From positions 2,233,104 through 2,297,103 of the forward strand of contig MU054098.1 in assembly GCA_013239625.1 (NCBI GenBank): 64,000 bases of DNA, written 5' to 3'. The notes under the pieces were generated by a model. That model made no database searches and was not told the DNA's origin. It was given only the letters and a program-made list of their open reading frames with translations. A program made the translations under genes and the position numbers. This DNA is from Lama guanicoe (taxonomy: Eukaryota). Shown here piece by piece: positions 26,841-38,850 of this stretch (the first letter of the stretch is position 1; the number at the start of each line of letters is the position of its first letter).

Positions 26841-27660
26841 CCCCTTCGCCCACAGATCCCAGCACTACGCTAAAGGACGAGGAAAGTTCATGACAAACCT
26901 ACCTGGACTAGAGGAAACACAGTTAAAAGCCAAAGACTACAGTTTGTCTGGAGCATGAATTTTGAACATAAAGACTCTGCTAGACTTCAATTTCCTGACT
27001 CTCGATTTGAAGCCTCAAAATCTGTGGAATGGCTTCCCAGCTCACGGAGCTAGGGAAGATCTCCCCCACAAGTGTTTATAACAATGTTTAAATTCTCATC
27101 TCAATTACTCCCTGTGTACACATCAGTGAGTACTATGCATATCAATAAATGAACTCTGTGTGTATTCAGAAGGCTACTGTGGTAACAGCAACATCTAGAT
27201 CCTGTTCTCATTTGGTGGGCACCTTCCCAGCTAGCTCTAAATGGCTTAGGGGATTATGTCAGAGATTTAAGGGAGGATGCGTGATTCTCATTGTCCTGCA
27301 TGAGGTAAATTTAAATAGTCGGAAAATGAATGCCCTAAAATGTGGTATTATTCTGTTTCTGGTCTTTTCTCTAGCTGTACAGAGTATAAGCAGGCCAAAA
27401 TGCTCCCGGGGAGGAAAAAAGACCTAGAGGTACCTGGCAGGGTAGGGTCACATAGCTTTGGCAAAGCAGGCAGTCCTCTATGGAATTCAGGTTCCCCACT
27501 TCGTGCAAGGTCATCCTCCAGGACACCACACAAGTACCTTCTCTATAGGGGTAGGATAATTCTACCCCAGTGCAGAAAAAACTAAACATAATGGGCACCT
27601 GGTCACATCTTGCCCACTGTTCCTCTTAAATTCTTTTCTGAAGTGGTCCATGGGACCAGT

Positions 27661-28132
27661 TGTGGGGTTCACAGACATCTGGCAGATTCCTGCTCCAAGG
27701 CCCCTCAAACATCCAGTTGCTGCCCTTTAAAGATAACAAAGAACATTCCTTTTTAAATACCTACCTGCCTTAGCTGAACTAACTACTCTAGACAATGATC
27801 AACCTTACAAAGCCCAGAAGCCTGGCCACCAGGACCGGTCACAATCCCCTACCAAAATCCCTAGCCGTACCCTTTCACGACCCTTGCTTCCCTGTTACCT
27901 CAAAATCAACCAATCAGAGAATTGTTCATGAGCTGATCACATACCCTGCAACCTTTTTGTTCCCGATGTCACATCAGCACAAGGAGTTAAAGGTTACCCT
28001 CACTAATAAAAGACCTCAACAATCGACCCTCAGAGCGCACAGACACCTTGTGTCTGTGGCCCACTTTTGCCTATAGCAGCGTATCTAATAAACTTTTACC
28101 ACCTGTGCACCAAGCCACCAAATCCCACGACA
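27661..28132 (+). mobile_element. Intact ERV solo LTR (472 bp) with 5-bp TSD
   Basis: TG...CA ends; ccagt at 27656-27660 and 28133-28137; ccaatc ~27910, aataaaa ~28005, aataaa ~28087. Confidence 0.8.
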
Positions 28133-28171
28133 CCAGTGAGAGATTGTTTGGAAATAATGAGAGGGTTTAGT

Positions 28172-28575
28172 GTTGTTAAAAAACAAAATTCAACTGAGTA
28201 AATTTTAAACATATTATTGGCTTTATTTGATGATTCATGAATTGGGCAGCATCCCATCTAGCAAACAGAAAGGACCTTGGAAAAGCTGTACAAAATGACA
28301 GAGTTTTATAAGCAGGAGTTGGGCAGAACAAGGAAGTTACACTAGCAAAGAACTGATTATTTTTGGCAAGGTCACTTTTCTTTAGGGGAAAGCAGGGGTC
28401 TATCAGGCAGGTGTTACCTCACTAATGCTGACTAGGTAATTCCAGATTGACTGGTTTAAGATTCATTCCATTCCTGGAGGAGGCTGAAGCTGTAATTAAG
28501 TTAGTTATTAAGTCTCAGTCAGTGATGTGGGACTTAGCACAAGTGACTCTGTTTGGGGCCTGTTGTCCTTAAATA
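28172..28575 (-). mobile_element. ERV1-class solo LTR
   Basis: 'tgttaaaaaacaaaattcaactgagtaaattt...ggctttatt...ttttataagc' reads as a reverse LTR with polyA-like and TATA-like motifs. Confidence 0.7.
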
Positions 28576-28708
28576 GTATATGTAGGATTCTCCAGAAGCT
28601 CAATTCTTAGAGGAGCAGCAAGGATCTTAAAAGGATGACTTTGGTTGGCATGAAAGAAAGGTTCTAGTCTTTCTCTTTGACTCAAGAACTTAAGACAGTT
28701 TCTCTCCA

Positions 28709-28762
28709 TGTGTCTGTGTCTGTGTCTGTGTCTGTGTCTCTGTCTCTCTCTCTCTCTCTCTC
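28709..28762. repeat. Compound (TGTGTC)n/(TC)n microsatellite
   Basis: Direct reading. Confidence 0.9.
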
Positions 28763-29779
28763 CCTAACTCAAAATGAGGAGAGAGAGAAAAACAGAGAGG
28801 AAAAAGAGCGGGAGAGAAAGTATAGGTGTCCTAGATATTGGTGATATTGTTTTCTGGCCTATTATTTTAATCATTTGGGTACAGAATTATCTTCCCTTCC
28901 TTACCACTCCTTCCTCCCTCCTTTCCTTTTGTTCTCTCCCTTCTTTGAGCATCCCTTCCTTTTCTTTGAAGAGGATGCTTTTTTGGTATCATTAAAATGA
29001 GCTTGTTGTCATTAAAAATGCCTACTTTAACAAGGTTATGTAAAGAATTAATAATGATTCAAAGAGCTGTTAAAACAACTTAGAAGCAGAGAAGGAAGAA
29101 GTGAGTAGTTTTCCCTCATTGTCAGAAAAATAAAAGCCAGACTGATTTCTTCTTGTGAAGTCTTAGTTCTTTCCTCCTAGCTGAAGAAAAGGAACAAACC
29201 AGTTCTCAGAGACACAGCACCAGAGGCAGTAGCAACAAGCAGCGTTTACGTGAAATAATGCATGTGATGCATGAGCACAGTTCCCGGCCCATTGTGAGGA
29301 TTCAGTAAGTGCTAATTACTCGTGTCATTGTTATTATTAGTATTATCATTAGTCTTAACTGCTGACATTTATATTTCTGGACCAGATACTCTTGAAAATT
29401 GGCCATCCCAAAGAGTCCATCTCAAAGAGGCTTTAGCACAGAATCTCAGGCCCTCTTAACTTTTTAAAGTGCTTTCACATTTATCATCTCACTTTTGTTC
29501 TGACACAAGTTGGGATTTGTAACTGGACTTTTTTTTTTAAAGGCAGTTTTCTTGCTAGAAGAGTTACCAGAGGGAAAAAGTCACCCATTACCGCTGCAGG
29601 AAGAAAATGCTGAGAAAGGGGAAGTTTCTCTCCTTAAAAGCACTGAACACCTTTATTCGCAATGTTGGAGAGAGACAAAGGTTTTTACTTTTAACAGTGA
29701 ATAAAGACAACTCTTTAAATACTGAACAAAAATTAAGTAATAAGTGTGGAAACCAACTTTATGGGGCCCTATTTCTATT

Positions 29780-30040
29780 TTAATAAACACTCACATGGCA
29801 CTAATTATGTGACAGGCATATAAAAGTTCTACAAATATTGATCCATTTACCTTCAAAACAGTGCAGTGAAGTAGATTTGATACTGTTATGTGGCTATCTC
29901 CATTTTACTGTTGAGACTTAAGGCAAAGTTGGGCTATGCCAACATCCCACCATCATGAAGCCAGTACACAGGGAGGCCTGTATTCAAACCTAAGCGACCT
30001 GGCTCCAGTCTCAGCTGCAGACCACGATGCTGTGCTTCCT
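29780..30040 (-). mobile_element. MIR
   Basis: 'atctccattttactgttgagacttaaggc...tattcaaacctaagcgacctggctccag'. Confidence 0.7.
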
Positions 30041-30707
30041 CCCCCATGTAATTGCATCCCCTTGAAAAGCTATGGGTTGACACTTTCTCAAGTAACTCCT
30101 CTCTCAGTGCCACCTTCTTAGCATCTGTAGACTTCTGGAAAGAGAGCTTCTGATAGCAAAACTATGTATACCTTAGTCTATTGACCTACTGAGGAGACAA
30201 AACTACTGGCCCAAGAGAGGCACAGAACAATTCCATAGTTGCCCACTGTGCTGCAAAGGCAGTAGCCAGAGCCATGGAAACAACTTTAGCTTCAACTCTA
30301 AGGCACTATCTTCTATCTCTTTAACTGAGGAATTAAAAAGAAATCACTTGCCTTCCCTTTCCTAGACATCACTCCACAACACACCAAACCTCTCCTTGAT
30401 TAGCCAGTCACTTTCTTTTCTTGAATTAAAAAAACAAACACAGAGGGTCCGTGGAGCTCTTTCTTTCTAAAGGTTGTAAGCTCCATTTTTAACAGGTTAG
30501 GCCATTTGATGATGAATCCTGAAGCAGAAAGAGGACATCCTCATGAACTCAAAGAGTGGTTAGAGTAATGCTGGCCATACAGAACAGATAGAGTCATACT
30601 CTTTCTCTATGGAAGGAAAATTACAAGTTGATATCACAACCCATTATGCATCCTTTATAGTTCATGGTATATAAATGTTTAAACTGAATATAATTTATTT
30701 TAAAAAA

Positions 30708-30870
30708 TAGTGTAATATTTAAGCACATGGACTCTAGAGCCAGACTTCCTGTGTTTGAATCTAATCCTTTAAATTAATCTGTGTTACTATCTGTGTGTTA
30801 TCTTGAGCCAGTCACTCAATGCCTTATGCCTCAGTCTCCTCACTTCTAAAATGAAGATAATAATATTATT
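30708..30870 (+). mobile_element. MIR
   Basis: 'ggactctagagccagacttcctgtgtttgaatc...gcctcagtctcctcac'. Confidence 0.75.
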
Positions 30871-31991
30871 AATAATAATAGTATTGAAAAAATAACACAG
30901 GGAGTTATCTCTCCTTGCATTCCCAAACTCTCTACCATACTATTTAGGACACTAAGTTCACTTCTCATTGCCTTTAACCACTTGTTCGTCATTTTCTGTC
31001 CACGATCAAGCAGAAAAAGCAACAGCTCATCCAGTCAGATTTTGGCACATGCGCAGATAAGATCCTGCCATATGTGACTTTAAGACACAGTCTCTAGGAA
31101 CACAGTAAATTCAAATTCTCGGTCTGTCTGAAAAGTGGAAAAGTACCACTTTCTAATGGCAACAATCCAGTCACAGTAGGTTTATTTTACTATCAGGAGA
31201 GATAAGGCTATGTGGTCTGTTCTTTCTCCATGTTTTGTTGGTTGTCTGCTTGTTTGTTCATTTGTTAGTCAATTTTTGCTTTTTGCCTTGTGGAAAAAAA
31301 GAGAAAGGAAAATAAATGAATAGCAGGGACCATATAACTGACCTGGAACACTGAAAATACAAACTAAAGTCATCTCTTTAGTGAATTTTAACAGTCCAAG
31401 CACAGTGATTATATTACTAATCAAAGAGAGAGGAGAGAAGTTCTAACTGCTAAAGGAACTGATCAGGAGTCAGCCTAACAAAATCTTAGCACTTGAACTA
31501 ACCGTGGAAACATGTCCAACCAGAAATGGATCATCTAATAAAAACATAATACCAGGACTTAACAACAACAACAAAGCAGCTTAATATCAACTAGTGAGAG
31601 ACATATCAAAGTGTTCCTAGGTGCTGATTGTTTATGCCCACTCTGTAAGGTTATATTAAGAATGCAGTAAATTTATACATGGATGAAAAAGTAAAGGTCT
31701 CAAAACATTTCCTGGTTCCTACTTGTATATCATATAAAATATATGGTTTAGAATCTAGTTCATGAGACCATAAGAATCAAGGAGAATGCTGCAAAATTAC
31801 CCTTATTACATGGGAATAATTAGGGGAGAAAAGAATCTTGGATGCCAAAACTGCAAACTCAAAAGTATAAAATTATGACAGATATTGCAGCCATAGTTTA
31901 CACTTGAGGCAACAGCTTGAAGATTGGTTAAGGAGCTGTCCAAAAGTCCCACCCACTTCACAGAGAGAAAAATGCTTATGAAAGAACTGAA

Positions 31992-34900
31992 GGGAGAGCA
32001 GTCAAAATGGCAGAGTAGAAAGACACTGAGCTCACCTCCTCTCACGAGCACACCAAAATCACAACTATCTGCAGAACAATCATTGATGAAAAAGACTGGA
32101 CATACCAGAAAAACAAAACTAATATCAGACTAAATAGACTTTATTGTTACAAGAGACAAAAAAGGACACTACATAATGATCAAGGGATCAATCCAAGAAG
32201 AAGATATAACAAACATAGGAGCACCTCAATATATAAGACAAATATTAACAGACATAAAAGGAGAAATTGACAGTAACACAATAATAGTGGGGGACTTTAA
32301 CACTCCACTTACATCAATTGAGATATCATCCAGACAGAAAATCAATAAGGAAACAGAGGCCTTACACATTAGACCAGATGAACTCAATTCATATTTATGG
32401 AGCATTCCATCTGAAAGCAGGAGAATATATTCTTCTCAAGTGCACATGGAACATTCTTCAGGATAGATCACATGTTGGCCCACAAAGCAAGCCTTAGTAA
32501 ATTTAAGAAAATTAAAATCATATCAAGCATATTTTCTGACTACAAAGCTATGAGATTAGAAATCAACTGCAAGAAAAAAATTGCAAAAACCACAAACACG
32601 TGGAAGCTAAACAATATGCTACTAAGTAACCAAATGATCACCAAAGAAATCAAAGAGGAAATTAAAAAAAATACTTAGGGACAAATGACAATGAAAACAC
32701 AAAGATCAAAACCTCTGGGATGCAGCAAAAGCAGCTCTAAGAGGGAAGCTTATAGCAATACAAGCTTACCACAGGAAACAAGAAAAATCTCAAATAAATC
32801 AACCTAATCTTACACTTAAAGCAACTAGAGAAGAACAAAGTTAGTAGAAAGAAAGAAATCATAAAGATCAGAGAAGAAGTAAATAAAATAGACACTAAAA
32901 AGGCAATGGAAAAGATCAATGAAATGAAAAGCTGATTCTTTGAAAAGATAAACAAAATTGATAAACATTTAGCCAGATTTATCAAGAAAAAAAAGGGAGA
33001 GGGCCCAAATCAATAAAATCAGAAATGAAAAATTAGAAGTTACAACCAACATCACAGAAATACAAAGGATCATAAAAGGCTCCTATGAGCAACAATATAC
33101 TAACAGAATGGATAACCTACCAGAAATGGACAAATTCTTAGAAAAATATGATTTCCTAAGACTGAACCAGGAAGAAATAGAAAATATGAACAGATCAGGT
33201 ACCAGTAATGAAACTGAATCAGTAACTTAAAAACTCCCAACAAACAAAAAAAATCCAGGACCAGATGGCTTCACAGGTAAATTCTACCAAGCATTTAGAG
33301 AAGAGTAAACACCTACGCTTATGAAACTATTCCAGAAAAACTGCAGAGGAAGGAACACTTCCAAACTCATTCTATGAGGCCACCATCACATTGATACCAA
33401 AAACCAAAGATATCACATGCAAAAAATTTACAGGTCAATATCACTGATGAACATAGATGGGAAAATCCTCAACAAATACTAGCAAACTGAATCCAACAAT
33501 ACATTAAAAGGATCATACACCATAATCAGATGGGATTTATCCCAGGATGCAAAGCTTTTCAATATCTGCAAATCAATCGATGTGACACACTGAAAGCAAA
33601 CTGAAGACTAAAACCACATGATCATCTCAATGGATGCAGAAAAAGCTTTTGATAAAATTCAACATCCATTTATAATAAAAACTCTCCAGAAAGTGGGCAT
33701 AGAGGGAGCATACCTCAAAATAATAAAGGCTATATATGAAAAACCCACAGCTAACATCTTACTCAATGCTCAAGAGCTGAACGCATTTCCTCTAAGATCA
33801 GGAACAAGACAAGGATTCTTGCCACTTTTATTCAACATAGTTTTGAAAGTCCTAGCCACAGCAATAAGAGGAGAAAAAAAATAAAAGGAATCCAAATTGG
33901 AAAAAAGAAGTAAAACTATCACTGTTTGCAGATGACATGACACTATACATAGAAAATCCTAAAGATGCCATCTAAAAACCAGTAGAGCCCAACAATAAAT
34001 TTGGTAAAGTTGGAGGACATAAAATTAATATACAGAAATCTGTTACATTTCTATAGATTAACAACAAAATATCAGAAAGAGAAATTAAGGAAGCAATCCC
34101 ATTTACCATTGCATTAAAAAGAATAAAATACCTAGGAATAAACCTACCTAAGAAGGCAAAAACCTGTACTCCAAAAACTATGACACTGATGAAAAAAATT
34201 GAAGCTGACACAAACGGAAAGATATACTGTGTTCTTGGATTGGAAAAATCAGTATTGTTAAAATGGCCATACTACTCAAGGCAATATACAGATTCAAATT
34301 AATCCCTATCAAATTACCAATAGTATTTTTCACAGAACTGGGACAGAAAATTCTAAATTTGTATGCAAACACAGGATATGCTGAATAGCCAAAACAATTT
34401 TGAGAAAGAATGGAGCTGGAGGGATCATGCTCTGTGACTTCAGACTATACTACAAAGCTACAGTATTTAAAACAGTATGTTACTGGCAGAAAAGGCAACA
34501 CATAGATTAAAGGAACAAGACAGAAAGCCCAGAAACAAACCCACACACTTATGGTCAATTAATCTACAACAAAGGAGGCAAGACTATACAGTGGAGAAAA
34601 GACAGTCTCTTCAATAAGTGGTGCTGAAAAAACTGGACAGCTACATGTAAAAGAATAAAATTAGAACATTCTCTAACACCAAATGCCAAAATAAATTCAA
34701 AATGGATTAAAGACCTAAATATAAGACCAGATACTATAAAACTCCTGGAGGAAAACATAGGCAGAACACTCTTTGACATTTATCGTAGCAGTATTTTTTG
34801 GACCCATCTCCTAGAGTAATGGAAATAAAAGCAAAAATAAACACACGAGATCTAATTAAACTTAAAAGCTTTTGCACAGCAAAGGAAATCATAAACAAAA

Positions 34901-35975
34901 CAAAAGACAACCTATGGAAAGTTAGAAAATATGTGCAAATGATGCCATGGAAAAGGGATTAATTTCCAAAATATATGAACAGCTCATATAGCTCAGTATC
35001 AAAAACAACAACAACAACAACAACAAACAACCCAATCAAAAATGGGCAGAAGACCTAAAAATAGACATTTTTCCAAAGGGAACATACAGATGGCTAATAG
35101 GCACATGGAAAGATGCTTGACATTGCCATTTACTAGAGAAACACAAATCAAAACTACCATGAGGTATCATTTCACACCAGTCAGAATAGGCATCATCGAA
35201 AAGTCTACAGATAATAAATGCTGGAGAGGATGTGGAGAAAAGGGAACCCTTCTACCCTGTTGGTGGGAGTGTAAATTGGTGCAGCCACTATGACGAACAG
35301 TATGGAGGTTCCTTAAAATCTGAAAATAGAGTTACTATATGATACAGCAATCCTACTCCTGGGCATATATCCAGAGAAAACTCTAATTTGAAAAGATACA
35401 TGCACCCTAATGTTCAAAGCAGCACTATTTACAATAGCCAAGACATGGAAGCAACCTAAATATCCATCAACAGATGACTGGATAAAGATGTGGTATATAT
35501 ATAGAATGGAATATTACTCAGCCATAAAAAGAATGAAACAATGCCATTTACAACAACAGCGATGGACCTGGAGATTATCATACTAAGTGAAGTAAGCCAG
35601 ACAGAAAAAAAATATATGATATCATTTATATGTGGGGTCTAAAAAAATGATACAAATGAACTTATTTATAAGACAGAAATAGACTCATAGATATAGAAAA
35701 CAAACTTATGGTTACCAAAGGGGAAAGAGGGGATAAATTACGAGTTGAGGATCAGCAGACACAAACTATTAGATATAAAATAGATAAATAACAAGGACCT
35801 ACTGTATAGCACAGGGAATGATATTCAATATCTTATAATAATTTATAATAGGAAAGAATCTAAAAAAGAATATATATATATATATTCTTTGAAATATATA
35901 TATATTTCAACTGAATCACTTTGCTGTACACCTGAAACTAACACAACATTGTAAGTCAGATATAGTTCAATAAAA
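31992..35975 (+). mobile_element. LINE-1 with 5' UTR start fused to ORF2 (large internal deletion), degenerate ORF2 and complete 3' end
   Basis: 5' UTR-like 'caaaatggcagagtagaaagacactgagctcacctcctctcac'; EN motif IIVGDFNTPL (32176-32466); [15 protein letters not shown] (33618-33884) and FADD (~33925); 3' end 'gtacacctgaaactaacacaacattgtaa...aataaaa'. Confidence 0.93.
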
Positions 35976-36109
35976 GAGAAGTTGAAGTTGGTGGTATTCT
36001 GATTTGTGCTGAGCCACAGAAAGCATACTCTGTGAGATTATAGATGGGAGTATGCCTTTGGCCACAGTGATCAAACATTAAGATGATAATTACAGTTTTG
36101 ACTCGTTAG

Positions 36110-36470
36110 AAAATTTTGTTTAAAAATAATGTATTTTTTCAAGTACAAAAATTCAAAATGCTCATTATAGATTACTTGGAAAAGAGAGAAAAGGGTAAAG
36201 AAACATGTATTGGTGACCCCATCATTCAAAGAAAACCACTGACAACATTTTTATACATAATCTTTCAATCTTTTTTCCATGAAAGCATGTGGGGGGGGAG
36301 TTGGGGGGGACATGCATTTTAAAAAATTGGAATGATGCTGTACACAAGCTTTTGGATCTTGACTTTTATAATATCAGTAACATATCATAAACATTTTTCC
36401 TATTTCATCAAATTTCCTTGTATAATATATGACTTGTAAAAATTTATAAAGTGGTTAAATTAAACTATTG
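36110..36470 (-). mobile_element. Ancient L1ME-type 3' end
   Basis: 'aaaccactgacaacatttt...atcataaacatttttcc' typical of reversed L1ME4-like ends. Confidence 0.6.
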
Positions 36471-37663
36471 TCTTGCCTTTAAAAGAAGTCTAATGACTGC
36501 CATGCTTGGGTCAAAGATTATTGAAAAATAAGACAAACAAAGAAGGACCAGAACTAGGGGTCAAGTTGGACTTATGGGCTTGTGTCTAACAGTCTCACTA
36601 GAGGTCCAGTGGGGAATTGGTTCAAACACTGAAGTCAATCATAAAGATGAAGCTGGGAATAGTATTCAGGGGATCAAAAGAAAAAGAAAGAGCCTAAGAA
36701 AAGTTTCAAATTACAGTATGTGGGCTGAGAATAATACTCAGGGAGGTCCAGGTTAATTGGAGGCCAGCATAGGCAGAATCAATGACAGGGATCAATGCCC
36801 AGAGGGCTAAATATAAGCAGGAGGGCAGCACAGAATCCGTGTACAAAGATAGCTATGGGTTATGGATTAAACACAGAGATGAACAAATATTTGTGGAACA
36901 GAGGAGAACTGAGCACAGGAACTCAGGATCTGGGTCAGAAGAAGATCAATGCAATAGTATGACAACCAGTCCTTAAAGAGATGTCTGGATATCAACAGTC
37001 TTGGTGAGGGCAAATAAGAGTGCATTAAGAACCCTACACAGTCCAGAGTGCCGTTAGAGTTGTTAACACTGAGTGCCATAGAAGCTCTCTACTTGTTGGT
37101 TGAGGGCGACAGGATTTAGGTCATCACTGGGACCACAGCAATCACTAGCCAACAATGCTAATAATGGACTTAAGAGGACGGTAGGATGCTGGGCTGATAA
37201 TGCAGAACACTTTTACACAGTAACTTAAAAATATGAAAATAGAAATTGCCATTTTTGTGGTCAAAATGGTCAAATATTGTTTTTGTACAATTCAAATCAT
37301 ATAAATCCTGGGTGTAGGAGGTGGGTGTCAGGGTGAGGGGAGGTGGGGTTGGTGGAGTGGTGGAATATGGATTAACTGAGAAGTTTGGTTATGTGGATGA
37401 CAATGAAATGCAGTTTTACTGTACAAAGAAAAATGAAACAGAGAGGAAAAAAATACTTATTTCCCTAGTACTTGGGACTAGATTACCACAGTCAGCAAGC
37501 ATATAGGAGTTAAAGGAAGAGAAGCTAGAAATCAGTACCAGCTACAGGGGCTGAAGAAGGTTTCCAGGTAGAAGGAAAAATTAAAATTACGAAAGGTTTA
37601 GATATAAAACATAAGCCAAGGGACAAGGTTGCCTCTCATCACCAAGTTTCCTACCACTTCTGA

Positions 37664-37990
37664 CCATGCTTTCCAAACTAGTATTCCTCAACCTAGATTA
37701 CAATGACGACCAGTTCTTCCATCATAAAGATTGTTATCCTTTGGATGCTTCATTTTAAAAGATTCTCATGGGCAAATCTGGGAAGTGCTGTAATTTCCTC
37801 TTGGAGATTCACAATGCGTGTAAACATAATAAATTCTCTATAAAGTCCTGCAATAAAGACAACAGTTCTAGCTTTGTTGAATCCAGTATTTCTTAAAACA
37901 ATTTGACTGTGGAAGCTTTTGTTTCAATAAATGCTTATAAACATTCCATGGTGCTAGTGTGCTACAGAACATGCTATGGAAGATAGGGCT
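37664..37990. mobile_element. hAT-Charlie non-autonomous element
   Basis: 'gattcacaatgc...aagtcctgcaataaagac...ctttgttgaatccagtatttc'. Confidence 0.6.
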
Positions 37991-38671
37991 ACAGAAAAGT
38001 AAACAATTTAAGTTCTCTTTCAAAATCTCCAAAAATGAGGGATGATGCGAAAGGAAAACAGGGTAAGGGTGTCAGAAGTTAAGCACCAACTGCTGTCATC
38101 AAAGAGGGAAAGGGAGAAGAAATGCAAAGCATTTTAAATGATGGTTTGTCTACAGATAGTTTGGAAGACACTGTTCTAAGCCACTACCCATTTAGAATTC
38201 CTTTAGCCTTGGCTAAGATGCATGACATTTGAGGTTGTTAGGTTTGATGAACAAGTAACCATTTCAGCTGCAGGATGACAATAGGCAGACGTGAAAGTAC
38301 ATTTTCCTTATTGGACTTCCTGATGTTGAAACAGTCTTTTACTCTCTTTCTCTTTTTACTGGTAACTGTGCTTTTTTTGGGGGGGGAGGGATTAGTTTTG
38401 AATATGTTTGAGTCCTGGTTACTAAGATTGGGTTATGCAATTGGCCTTAGAAAATAGAGACATTCTCACTGTTTCCCTTGCTTCCCAGAAGAGTACCTTG
38501 GCTATAGCTGGTCAGTATATAACGTTTAGAGATTGGGAACTTCCTGGAGAATTCTTCCCCTGGAGATGCGCAAGCAGAAGTTAGTAGTCATTTGACAAAA
38601 TTGTCAAGAGGCAGAAATTGGTCTTTATGACTTATAAGGGCTTTTCCAACCCTAACAGTGTAAGGGTAGGT

Positions 38672-38850
38672 GGATGGTTCTTAAATCTCTTTGCACATAA
38701 AAATCTTCTGGGGAGTTTTTTTGAAAATGCCAATGGCTAGGCTTCATTCCAGACCAATAAAATCACAATCTGTGGACAAGGGTTCCAGGCATCTTATTGT
38801 TTAAAGGCTCAAAAGTGATTCTAATATGTACCCAGAATTGGGAATAGCTG
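38672..38850. mobile_element. MER5-like hAT MITE
   Basis: 'ggttcttaaa...aatcacaatctgtgg...ccaggcatc...gtgattctaatatg'. Confidence 0.7.

Noticed and set aside
32176..35293. Protein-coding reverse transcriptase/endonuclease gene
   Set aside because: L1 ORF2 broken by many stops, frameshifts and small deletions; not an intact CDS.
36288..36310. G-runs with possible G-quadruplex
   Set aside because: Just two homopolymer runs within a decayed L1; no other support.
36480..37200. Ancient ERV1-like LTR (LTR78/79-like)
   Set aside because: Only a compositional resemblance; no termini or TSD I can point to.
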